NCBI GenBank assembly: GCA_025800435.1
Contig: JAOXRV010000044.1
Coordinates: 2,152 to 66,151 of the forward strand
Source: Cellvibrionaceae bacterium
GTDB taxonomy: Bacteria; Pseudomonadota; Gammaproteobacteria; Pseudomonadales; Cellvibrionaceae
Length of the DNA stretch: 64,000 nt
Reading direction: 5' to 3'
The first letter of the stretch is position 1; each line of letters opens with the position of its first letter. Shown here one piece after another: positions 1 to 8,560 of the stretch. A model generated the notes under the pieces. That model did not search any database. It was given only the letters and a program-made list of their open reading frames with translations, and was not told the origin of the DNA. Position numbers and translations under genes: made by a program.

Positions 1-1050
1 GCGGCAGCGGAAGGCATAGGTGAATTACTGCGCGCTCTGCCGCCACTGATCAACCCCTTTGTGCCCCTGCTGGCGGTGATGGCGCTGGCGGGGCTTTTGC
101 TTTTCTACCTAGGCCGCCGGGCCAAGTTGGACCCCACCGAAGGGTCTCGCTACCGCAGCCAGTGGATGGGGGTCTTAGTTACCCTGGTGGCGCTGTGTGC
201 GGTAATTATTGTGTTGCCGGTTAGCGACAGTTTGCAGGGCAACCTGCTGACCATGCTGGGTTTGCTGCTCACTGCCATTATCACTCTGTCTTCTACCACC
301 ATTGCCGCCAATGCCATGGCTGGGCTAATGATTCGCGCCTTAGACAATTTTAAGCCCGGAGATTTTATTCAGGTAAACGGCCATTTTGGCCGGGTGACAG
401 AGCAAGATTTATTTCATATTGAAATTCAAACCGAAGACCGCGACCTATTAACCCTGCCCAACACCTATGTGGCTGCCAACCCAGTTAAGGTGGTGCACGC
501 CTCGGGTACGGTTGTGACTGCCGAGATTACCTTGGGCTACGACCTCGACAACCACCAAATAGAAACCCTGCTAAAACGAGCGGCCAGCGAGGCCGGCCTG
601 GACGAGCCTTTTGTTTATGTGATGGACCTGGGTGACTACTCAGTTCGCTACCGGGTGGCGGGGTTTTTAAAACAGGTTAAACAATTATTGTCGGCCCGCT
701 CCAAGCTGCGCCAACATATGTTGGATGTGCTGCACGGCGCCGATATCGAAATTGTGTCCCCGGCATTTATGAACCAGCGCCAGCTTGGCGATGCGGTGGT
801 TATCCCTGAGCAGGCCTATCGCCCGCGCTTTAAGAAACCCGAAAACCCCGAGGCGATCGTGTTTGATAAGGCCGAGCGAGCCCAGTCTTTGCAAGAGCTA
901 AAAGACAGCTACGACGAGCTAAAAAAAGAGCTGGAAGCGCTGCAAGGTAAAACTGCCGAGCCGGATCAGCAAGATAAAATCGATCAGAAAAAGCGCCGTT
1001 TAAAAGCCATTCGCCTATTGATCAAGCGCTTTGAGGAGCGTGAGGTTTAA
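1..1050 (+). CDS. MscS-family mechanosensitive channel, probably 5'-partial
   Basis: Frame 1 is open from nt 1; the listed ORF 61..1050 starts at an internal GTG. TM helices are followed by the MscS beta-domain motif FKPGDFIQVNGHFGRVTEQDLFHIEIQTEDRDLLTLPN and a K/E-rich coiled-coil tail. Confidence 0.8.
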   Translation, partial: AAAEGIGELLRALPPLINPFVPLLAVMALAGLLLFYLGRRAKLDPTEGSRYRSQWMGVLVTLVALCAVIIVLPVSDSLQGNLLTMLGLLLTAIITLSSTTIAANAMAGLMIRALDNFKPGDFIQVNGHFGRVTEQDLFHIEIQTEDRDLLTLPNTYVAANPVKVVHASGTVVTAEITLGYDLDNHQIETLLKRAASEAGLDEPFVYVMDLGDYSVRYRVAGFLKQVKQLLSARSKLRQHMLDVLHGADIEIVSPAFMNQRQLGDAVVIPEQAYRPRFKKPENPEAIVFDKAERAQSLQELKDSYDELKKELEALQGKTAEPDQQDKIDQKKRRLKAIRLLIKRFEEREV

Positions 1051-1066
1051 ACCTCAGCAGCGGTAT

Positions 1067-1107
1067 AAAAAAACCGCCCCAGCGCTTGGCGTTGGGGCGG
1101 TTTTTTT
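1067..1107. terminator. Bidirectional Rho-independent terminator between convergent MscS-family genes
   Basis: GC-rich hairpin CCGCCCCAGCGC-TTG-GCGTTGGGGCGG, flanked by an A-run on the left and a T7 run on the right. Confidence 0.8.
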
Positions 1108-1116
1108 ATCGGGTTT

Positions 1117-1914
1117 TTAGGCCACATTGTGCATATGCACATCCTGCTGGGGGTAGGGGATAGAGATATTCTGGGCATCGAAGGTTTTCTTAACCGCTTC
1201 TTGCATGGAAAAGAACACACCCCAGTAATCGGCGGAGTTGACCCACACGCGCACGGTAAAATTAACCGAGCTGTCGGCCAGCTCGGCCACCACGATCAGG
1301 TGTGGTGGGTCAGTTAAAATGCGATCTTCGGCGGCGATAATTTGTTCCAGGGCGGCCTTGGCCGCGTCGATATCGTCGTCGTAGCCAATGCCAAAGCTCA
1401 TGTCTACCCGGCGGGTGGCCTCGGTGGAATAGTTGACGATACTGCCGTTAGAGATGGGGCCATTGGGGATAATAATGGTTTTGTTGTCGCCAGTTTTTAA
1501 AACGGTGTTAAAAATCTGGATCGACTGTACCACGCCGTTGTGGCCCTGGGTCTCGATAAAATCACCGACTTTGTAAGGCTTAAATAAGATCAGTAATACG
1601 CCGCCGGCAAAGTTAGAGAGGCTGCCCTGTAGCGCCAGGCCGACGGCCAGGCCGGCGGCACCCAGAACCGCCACAAATGAGGTGGTGGCAATGCCGACCA
1701 TGGAGGCGACGCTGACGATCAACAGTGCTTTGAGGCCGATATTCATCAGGCTGCTAAAAAAGCGGCGCAGGGTTGAATCGATATCTTTTTTCTCCATCGC
1801 CTTGTTGGCCATTTTGACCGCGAAGCCTATCGCCAGCCAACCGGCGATTAATATCAGAATGGCGAAGGCCGCTTGTGGTGCCCAGGCGGCAATAAAGTTT
1901 GAAATCGCTTCCAT
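1117..1914 (-). CDS. mscS: Small-conductance mechanosensitive channel MscS
   Basis: 3 TM helices plus the MscS core KVGDFIETQGHNGVVQSIQIFNTVLKTGDNKTIIIPNGPISNGSIVNYS. Start re-picked at ATG 1914 (AAGGA Shine-Dalgarno), because the longer ORF to 1947 would run into the rho terminator. Confidence 0.85.
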   Translation of the reverse strand: MEAISNFIAAWAPQAAFAILILIAGWLAIGFAVKMANKAMEKKDIDSTLRRFFSSLMNIGLKALLIVSVASMVGIATTSFVAVLGAAGLAVGLALQGSLSNFAGGVLLILFKPYKVGDFIETQGHNGVVQSIQIFNTVLKTGDNKTIIIPNGPISNGSIVNYSTEATRRVDMSFGIGYDDDIDAAKAALEQIIAAEDRILTDPPHLIVVAELADSSVNFTVRVWVNSADYWGVFFSMQEAVKKTFDAQNISIPYPQQDVHMHNVA

Positions 1915-1940
1915 AGTGTTGTCCTTGAGCAGGGTAAAAC

Positions 1941-1966
1941 GAAACAAAAAAGGGCCTTGCGGCCCC
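1941..1966 (-). terminator. Rho-independent terminator downstream of rho
   Basis: On the minus strand, GGGCC-GCAA-GGCCC is followed by TTTTTTGTTTCG, starting 8 nt after the rho stop codon. Confidence 0.75.
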
Positions 1967-1973
1967 TTCGGTG

Positions 1974-3233
1974 TTATTTGCGTTTCATCGACAAGAAGAA
2001 TTCATCGTTGGTCTTAAAGTCTTTAAGACGGTCCACCAAAAATTCGGTGGCGGCGATATCTTCCATGTCGTGCAGCAGCTTGCGCAGAATCCACACGCGT
2101 TGCAACTCGTCCTCTTTCATCAACAGGTCTTCGCGGCGGGTGCCGGAGCGGCGCACATTGATGGCGGGGTAGATGCGTTTTTCAGAAACCTTGCGATCCA
2201 GGTGTAGCTCCTGGTTGCCGGTACCCTTAAATTCTTCGTAGATCACCTCGTCCATCTTCGAACCGGTGTCGATCAGAGCGGTGGCGACGATGGAGAGGCT
2301 GCCGCCTTCCTCGATATTGCGGGCGGCACCGAAGAAACGCTTGGGACGCTCCAGTGCGTGGGCATCTACACCACCGGTCAGTACCTTGCCGGAGCTTGGA
2401 ATAACGGTGTTGTAAGCACGGGCCAGACGAGTGATGGAGTCGAGCAGGATGACCACGTCTTTTTTGTGTTCAACCAGGCGCTTGGCCTTTTCGATTACCA
2501 TCTCGGCAACCTGCACATGGCGCGAGGGGGGCTCATCAAAGGTAGAGGCCACCACTTCGCCGCGCACCGAGCGCTGCATCTCGGTTACTTCCTCGGGGCG
2601 CTCGTCGATCAGCAGCACGATCAGGTGCACCTCGGGGTTATTGCGGGTAATCGCCTGGGCGATGTTCTGCATCATAATGGTTTTACCGGCCTTGGGCGGG
2701 GCCACGATCAGGCCGCGCTGGCCCTTGCCGATGGGGGCAATCAAATCGATGATGCGGCCGGTCAGGTCTTCGGTAGAGCCATTGCCCGCTTCCAGGTGTA
2801 AGCGATCATCTGGAAACAGAGGGGTCAGGTTTTCGAACAGAATTTTATTTTTTGAATTCTCGGGCTTGTCGAAGTTGATCTGGCCAACTTTGAGCAGGGC
2901 GAAGTAGCGCTCGCCCTCTTTGGGGGGGCGAATCTTGCCCGAGATGGTATCACCGGTGCGCAGGTTAAAGCGTCGAATTTGACTGGGCGATACATAGATA
3001 TCGTCTGGGCCGGCCAGGTAAGAGGAGTCGGCCGAGCGCAGGAAACCAAAGCCATCTTGCAAAATTTCGAGCACGCCGTCGCCGTAGATATCTTCGCCGC
3101 TTTTGGCGTGGCGCTTTAAGATGTTAAAAATAATGTCCTGCTTGCGCGAGCGGCCGACATTGTCGAGGCCGACTTCTTTGGCGATATTAAGCAGTTCTTC
3201 AATGGGTTTGGTTTTTAGGTCTGTTAAATTCAT
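1974..3233 (-). CDS. rho: Transcription termination factor Rho
   Basis: 419 aa. N-terminal [23 protein letters not shown]-binding OB domain, Walker A PPKAGKT, and typical Rho C-terminus with RVWILRKLL. Confidence 0.98.
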   Translation of the reverse strand: MNLTDLKTKPIEELLNIAKEVGLDNVGRSRKQDIIFNILKRHAKSGEDIYGDGVLEILQDGFGFLRSADSSYLAGPDDIYVSPSQIRRFNLRTGDTISGKIRPPKEGERYFALLKVGQINFDKPENSKNKILFENLTPLFPDDRLHLEAGNGSTEDLTGRIIDLIAPIGKGQRGLIVAPPKAGKTIMMQNIAQAITRNNPEVHLIVLLIDERPEEVTEMQRSVRGEVVASTFDEPPSRHVQVAEMVIEKAKRLVEHKKDVVILLDSITRLARAYNTVIPSSGKVLTGGVDAHALERPKRFFGAARNIEEGGSLSIVATALIDTGSKMDEVIYEEFKGTGNQELHLDRKVSEKRIYPAINVRRSGTRREDLLMKEDELQRVWILRKLLHDMEDIAATEFLVDRLKDFKTNDEFFLSMKRK

Positions 3234-3657
3234 AAAGATAGAAATGGAAGTGTGGCCTGAGAATCTGGCCAGCTGTGGGTGAATGATTAATGGATTGGGT
3301 CGTAATTAAAATCTTAATATTGGCTCGGCCAGGCCGGGCAGTTATATATACTTGAGGTCGTTAAGTTCTATATCACTAGGCTGTTATTCGGCGGCGTTTA
3401 TTTCTGGTTTTTTGGGCCGCGGGCACAGCGCCTTTAAGAGTCATGGTTTTTTGAATAGTTCCATGCCTGTATCCGAACCGCCGATTGTTTCACAGTGTGG
3501 GGTATCCGTTAATGGAGAAAGCCTTGGGCCTTTGCCGTTAGCGCTGTGGTTCAGTGGGGGGATAGTGCTGTGCGATTGGGTCAATTATAGCGTACTTTAA
3601 AGGCCGTGCAAGGGTGCGGGGCTTTTCGCCCTGCATTACCCTCGCATGTGACCCGCT

Positions 3658-3981
3658 TTATAAGCTGGCTTCGATAAATTCAACCAGCTGGGTCTTGGAC
3701 AGGGCGCCGACCTTCATGGCGTCCATATTGCCGCCTTTGAAGATCATCAGGGTCGGAATACCGCGAATATTAAACTTGGCCGGGGTTTCCTTGTTGGCAT
3801 CCACATCCATTTTGCAGATCTTGATCTTGCCCGCGTAGTCACCACACAGCTCGTCCAGAACGGGGGCGATCATCTTGCAGGGACCACACCACTCTGCCCA
3901 AAAATCAACCAGTACAGGGCCGTCGGCCTGCAGTACATCGGCTTCAAAACTGCTGTCGGTTACGTGAACAATGCTACTCAT
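3658..3981 (-). CDS. trxA: Thioredoxin
   Basis: 108 aa from ATG 3981 (GGAGAAA Shine-Dalgarno) with active site WCGPCK. The N-terminal extension of the listed ORF to 4065 is unlikely to be translated. Confidence 0.95.
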   Translation of the reverse strand: MSSIVHVTDSSFEADVLQADGPVLVDFWAEWCGPCKMIAPVLDELCGDYAGKIKICKMDVDANKETPAKFNIRGIPTLMIFKGGNMDAMKVGALSKTQLVEFIEASL

Positions 3982-4147
3982 TGGGTTTCTCCAAAATTGG
4001 CTGGCCACTGAGCGGCCGCGAGAAAAAGATAGCGGTATGATAAGGATTGCGCCTGCCCTAGACAAGGGCGGATAGGGGTCGCAGCCCCGCTGGGGCCGGC
4101 CAATATTTATTGGTGCAAGTACTTACTATCGCTGCGGGCTTCAGTAT

Positions 4148-4170
4148 CTAGGGCACCTCTGAATACCCGG
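4148..4170 (-). repeat. Copy of short interspersed repeat (core ATTCAGAGGTGCCCTAG) forming the ppk 3' end
   Basis: The minus strand reads CCGGGTATTCAGAGGTGCCCTAG. This is almost identical to the copies at 40597-40648 and related to those at 8523-8560 and 22668-22765. Confidence 0.8.
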
Positions 4171-6277
4171 CTAATTGTTCTAACAATAGCAGCTGCTGCG
4201 GCTTTTGTTCGCTAGTGGCGGCGGGGGGCTGCTGGTAGTTGCCCTCGGCGTCCAGTTCCCAGCGGCCCGGAGCGGCCTCTATATAACCGCGCAGCTCGTT
4301 AATGACACGCTTGGCTAGGGTCGGTTTGGCCACCGGGAAGCAAGTTTCAACCCGGCGGTTTAGGTTGCGCTCCATTAAATCGGCGCTGGCGCAGTAAACC
4401 TGGGGGTTGGCGTTGGCAAAATAATAGGCTCGGGTGTGCTCTAAGAAGCGGCCGATAATCGAGTAGACGCGGATATTGTCAGACACCCCGGCAATGCCTG
4501 GGCGCAGGCAGCACATGCCGCGAATCACCAGCTCAATTTTTACCCCGGCCTGGCTGGCCTTGTACAGGGCCTCGATCACTTTCGGCTCGGTCAGGCCATT
4601 GGCCTTCATCATGATATGGGCTTGTTTGCCGGCCAGGGCCGCTTCGGCCTCGGCCTCAATCAGTTTCAGCAGTTGCTTTTTCAGGGTAAAAGGCGCATGC
4701 AGTAGGCGGCTGATGCGTTCCGTTTTGCCCATGCCGGTAAGCATATGGAAAACTCGGTGCACATCCTCGCCCAATACCGGGTCGGCGGACATAAACGAGT
4801 AATCGGTGTACAGGCGGGCGTTGCCACTGTGGTAATTGCCGGTGCCCAGGTGCACATAGCGCTTGAGTTCGCACTCTTCGCGCCGCACCACCAGCAGCAT
4901 CTTGGCGTGGGTTTTATAGCCCACCACCCCGTATACCACTACCGCACCGGCCTCTTGCAGGCGGCTGGCCAGCTCTAGGTTTTCTTCCTCATCAAAGCGG
5001 GCGCGCAGCTCTACTACGACGGTTACCTCTTTGCCGTGGCGGGCCGCTTCAATCAGCGCCGCCACCATGGGTGAGCTGCTGCCACTGCGGTACAAGGTCT
5101 GCTTAATGGCGACCACATCCGGGTCTTTGGCGGCCTGGCGCAACATATCCACCACCGGGTTAAAGGATTCAAAAGGATGCAGCAGCAGCTTGTCTTTGGC
5201 GCTTAGGGCTTCAAAGATATTGTCTTTACGGCTCAGACCCTTGGGCAGGCCGGGGACAAAATCCGGGTACAGCAGGTCTGGGCGCTGTACCATCGAAGGC
5301 AGGCTCATCAGTCGTTTCAGATTAACCGGGCCATTGACCAGATACAGTTCTTTTTCGCTTAGGCCCACCTCGTCCAATAAAAACTGCACCAGTTCGTGCG
5401 GACAGTTATCGGCCACCTCCAGCCGCACGGCATTGCCAAAGCGGCGGCTGTGCAGCTCGCCGCGCAGGGCGCGGGCCAAATCTTCTACGCCCTCGGTATC
5501 CACATCCAAATCGGCGTTGCGAGTAATGCGGAACTGATAGCAGCCCTTGGATTGCATGCCGGGGAATAGCTCCTCGGCGTGGGCGTGAATCATCGATGAC
5601 AGAAACACAAAATTGTCGCCGGGCTCACACAGCTCATCGGGCAGGCGCACTATCCGCGACAGTGAGCGGGGCGCGGGTACAATAGCCAGGCCCGATTCGC
5701 GGCCAAAGGCGTCTTTGCCCTCCAGCTCGACAATAAAGTTAAGGCTTTTATTAACCAAGCGGGGAAAGGGGTGGGCGTGGTCTAGGCCGATGGGGCTGAT
5801 CACCGGCAGTACCTCTTTGTGTACAAAGTCGCTAATCCACTGGCCCTGGGCCTGGGTCCACTGGCTGCGGCGCAAAAAGCGGATCTGTTCGGCCTCCATC
5901 GCTGGAATGAGAATATCGTTGAGAATATCGTACTGCTGCTTTACTGTCGCATGGCACTCTTCGGCCAGTCGTTCAATGATTTCCTGTGGGTGCAGGGCAT
6001 CGGGGCCGGGGTTGTCGCGGTCCATCTGAATGCGTTGCAATAGGCCCGCCACCCGAATCTCAAAAAACTCGTCCAGATTGGAGCTAAAAATCAGCAAAAA
6101 CTTAAGTCGCTCTAGCAGTGGGTGGCTGTTGTCCAAGGCCTGGGCCAGCACCCGCTGGTTAAATTTTAAGTGGCTCAGCTCGCGGTTGTTGTAGTACTGC
6201 GGAAGGCTGACATCCAGTGGCTCGACGGCGCTGCCAATGGGGGTGATATCATTGCTTAAGGTGGTGGGCTCGGACAT
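4148..6277 (-). CDS. ppk: Polyphosphate kinase 1
   Basis: 709 aa. N-terminal YYNRELSHLKFNQRVLAQA, GYKTHAKMLLVVRRE (autophosphorylated His region), HLGTGNYH, and PLD-like C-terminal domains. Confidence 0.97.
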   Translation of the reverse strand: MSEPTTLSNDITPIGSAVEPLDVSLPQYYNNRELSHLKFNQRVLAQALDNSHPLLERLKFLLIFSSNLDEFFEIRVAGLLQRIQMDRDNPGPDALHPQEIIERLAEECHATVKQQYDILNDILIPAMEAEQIRFLRRSQWTQAQGQWISDFVHKEVLPVISPIGLDHAHPFPRLVNKSLNFIVELEGKDAFGRESGLAIVPAPRSLSRIVRLPDELCEPGDNFVFLSSMIHAHAEELFPGMQSKGCYQFRITRNADLDVDTEGVEDLARALRGELHSRRFGNAVRLEVADNCPHELVQFLLDEVGLSEKELYLVNGPVNLKRLMSLPSMVQRPDLLYPDFVPGLPKGLSRKDNIFEALSAKDKLLLHPFESFNPVVDMLRQAAKDPDVVAIKQTLYRSGSSSPMVAALIEAARHGKEVTVVVELRARFDEEENLELASRLQEAGAVVVYGVVGYKTHAKMLLVVRREECELKRYVHLGTGNYHSGNARLYTDYSFMSADPVLGEDVHRVFHMLTGMGKTERISRLLHAPFTLKKQLLKLIEAEAEAALAGKQAHIMMKANGLTEPKVIEALYKASQAGVKIELVIRGMCCLRPGIAGVSDNIRVYSIIGRFLEHTRAYYFANANPQVYCASADLMERNLNRRVETCFPVAKPTLAKRVINELRGYIEAAPGRWELDAEGNYQQPPAATSEQKPQQLLLLEQLAGYSEVP

Positions 6278-6396
6278 GGTGCTGCTCGATGTAGACTAAG
6301 ATATTGTGATAATTATAGAGCCTCACTGTGACAATAGTATGGTCTAATGTCAAAGTAGCGCGATGATAGCGACAGTCGAGATCTTTAGGGGAAAAT

Positions 6397-7062
6397 ATGG
6401 TTAAAAAAATAGGGGCTTTGCTATTGCTGCTGGCGCTGTTGGTGGCTTTTTATGTGGGCGCTGGTGAGCAGTACCTCTCGCTGGATTTCTTTCGTCAGTT
6501 TATCGAGCGCCAACCGCTGCTGGCAGCGGCAGTTTTCTTTGCCCTGTATGTGGCCATCACCGCCGCCTCCCTGCCCGGTGCGGCCTTGCTAACGCTTATG
6601 GCCGGGGCCCTGTTTGGGCTGGGTTGGGGCCTGCTGATCGTCTCGTTTGCCAGTACTATCGGTGCCAGCTTGGCATTTTTATTCGCCCGCACCCTGCTGG
6701 GGGGCTGGGTGCAGCAGCGCTTTGGCGAGCAGCTGCAAACCGTCAACGCGGGTTTGGCCCGAGATGGGGGCTTTTACCTGTTTACCCTAAGGCTGATACC
6801 GGTAATTCCATTTTTTGTGATCAATCTGGTATTTGGTCTCAGTCGTATACGCCTGTGGACATTTTACTGGGTTAGCCAGCTCGGCATGCTGGCCGGCACC
6901 GCTGTGTATGTAAACGCCGGCGCCGAGCTGGGGGCGGTAGAGGAACTAAGCCTACAAGGCATACTGACACCCCAATTGATTTTGGCCTTTGTGTTGCTGG
7001 GTTTGTTTCCCTGGTTGGCCAAGGCCCTGGTGGCACGTTTTAGACCAACTGAGGAAGCCTAA
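6397..7062 (+). CDS. TVP38/TMEM64 (DedA-related) family inner-membrane protein
   Basis: 221 aa with multiple TM helices and the family-typical LRLIPVIPFFVINLVFGLS segment. Confidence 0.8.
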   Translation: MVKKIGALLLLLALLVAFYVGAGEQYLSLDFFRQFIERQPLLAAAVFFALYVAITAASLPGAALLTLMAGALFGLGWGLLIVSFASTIGASLAFLFARTLLGGWVQQRFGEQLQTVNAGLARDGGFYLFTLRLIPVIPFFVINLVFGLSRIRLWTFYWVSQLGMLAGTAVYVNAGAELGAVEELSLQGILTPQLILAFVLLGLFPWLAKALVARFRPTEEA

Positions 7063-7064
7063 AA

Positions 7065-8510
7065 ATGGGTAGAGCTAAGGGTAAAAAATACGATACCAAT
7101 CTAGTGGTGATCGGCGCGGGTGCGGCGGGCTTAATCAGTGCCAATATTGCCGCCACGCTAAAGGCCAAGGTAACCCTAATTGAGCGCCACAAAATGGGTG
7201 GCGACTGTCTTAACACCGGCTGCGTGCCCAGCAAAACCCTGCTGCGCTCGGCCAAGCTTATGCACAGTATTGGGCGGGCTAAAGAGTTTGGCATTGACGT
7301 GGCGCCAGCCAAGGTGAATTTTGCCGCGCTTATGGGCCGGGTGCAGGGCGTTATTAAGCATATTGAGCCGGTAGATTCGGTCGAGCGCTATACCGAACTG
7401 GGGGTGGACTGTATCAGTGGTGAGGCGCGACTGCTCGATGCCAACCGAGTTGAGATTGACGGCAATATTATTTCAGCCCGCCATATAATTATTGCCAGTG
7501 GCGCCAGGCCGGCGCTGCCCCAATTGGCTGGGCTGGATGGGGTAGATTATTTGACTTCAGATAACCTCTGGGGGCTTCAGGATTTACCCGAATCCCTATT
7601 GATTGTCGGCGGTGGCCCCATCGCCTGTGAAATGGCCCAGGCATTTAGCCGCTTGGGCTCAGTGGTAAGCATCGCTCAGCGCTCGGATAGTTTATTGCGC
7701 CGCGAAGAAGCAGAAGTGGGTGAGTTTATTGCCAACAGCTTAGCCGACGAAGGTGTCGAGCTGCTGTTTAACTGTAAGTTAAGCGCGGTTGAGCAAGATA
7801 AAACTGGGGCGGTACTGGCCACCTTGGCCAATGGTGAGCAGCGCCGCTTTAGCAAAATACTATTTGCTATTGGGCGTACGCCCAATACCGAAGACCTGGG
7901 GCTTGAGCAAGCTGGGGTTAAGCTAAACAGCGATGGCAGCATCAAGGTGGATGCCTACCTGCGCAGCAGCCAGAAAAATATTTTGGCCTGCGGCGATGTG
8001 GTGGGGCCATATCAGTTTACCCATATGGCGTCTCACCAGGCCTGGTATGCCTGTGTTAATGCCTTGCTCGGTTTTGTTAAAAAATTCAAGGTCGACTACA
8101 GCCTGGTGCCCAGGGCAACCTTTACCGACCCGGAAGTGGCCAGTGTGGGTAAACTAGAAACTGAGCTAAAGCGAGAAGGCCGCGACTACGAAAGCTTGTT
8201 GTTCCCTTTAGACGATATGGATCGGGCCCTGACCGAGGGCGAGGCCAAAGGCTTTATTAAAGTACTTACCGCTAAAGGCAGCGATAAAATTTTAGGGGTG
8301 ACGATTGTCGGTGCCCACGCCGCCGAGCTGCTTACCGAGTTTGTGGCGGCCATGAAAAACGGTTACGGACTCAATCGTATTCTGGGCACTATTCATATTT
8401 ACCCCAGCTTTAGCGAGGCCAATAAATATTTGGCCGGCCAGTGGAAGCGCCGCCACGCACCGCAGTGGGCGCTAGGCTTGCTGCAGAAATTACACGCCTG
8501 GCGTCGCTAG
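7065..8510 (+). CDS. Class I pyridine nucleotide-disulfide oxidoreductase (mercuric reductase / dihydrolipoamide dehydrogenase-like)
   Basis: FAD fingerprint VVIGAGAAGL, redox-active GGDCLNTGCVPSK, NAD(P) fingerprint LLIVGGGPIACEMA, and C-terminal HIYPSFSE dimerisation motif. Starts 2 nt after the TVP38 stop codon. Confidence 0.85.
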   Translation: MGRAKGKKYDTNLVVIGAGAAGLISANIAATLKAKVTLIERHKMGGDCLNTGCVPSKTLLRSAKLMHSIGRAKEFGIDVAPAKVNFAALMGRVQGVIKHIEPVDSVERYTELGVDCISGEARLLDANRVEIDGNIISARHIIIASGARPALPQLAGLDGVDYLTSDNLWGLQDLPESLLIVGGGPIACEMAQAFSRLGSVVSIAQRSDSLLRREEAEVGEFIANSLADEGVELLFNCKLSAVEQDKTGAVLATLANGEQRRFSKILFAIGRTPNTEDLGLEQAGVKLNSDGSIKVDAYLRSSQKNILACGDVVGPYQFTHMASHQAWYACVNALLGFVKKFKVDYSLVPRATFTDPEVASVGKLETELKREGRDYESLLFPLDDMDRALTEGEAKGFIKVLTAKGSDKILGVTIVGAHAAELLTEFVAAMKNGYGLNRILGTIHIYPSFSEANKYLAGQWKRRHAPQWALGLLQKLHAWRR

Positions 8511-8522
8511 CGCCTTTGCCTC

Positions 8523-8560
8523 AGGCCTGAGCGTCACCGAGTTATTCAGAGGTACCCTAG
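8523..8560 (+). repeat. Copy of short interspersed repeat (long form)
   Basis: AGGCCTGAGCGTCACCGAGTTATTCAGAGGTACCCTAG aligns over about 38 nt with 22727-22765. Its terminal CTAG contains the TAG stop (8557-8559, minus strand) of the hybrid kinase gene. Confidence 0.8.

Noticed and set aside
2358-2907. 147-aa and 158-aa plus-strand ORFs inside rho
   Set aside because: They are antisense shadow ORFs of a highly conserved gene in GC-rich DNA. They have no Shine-Dalgarno or recognisable motifs, and their composition is Arg/Ser/Gly-rich, as expected for the wrong frame.
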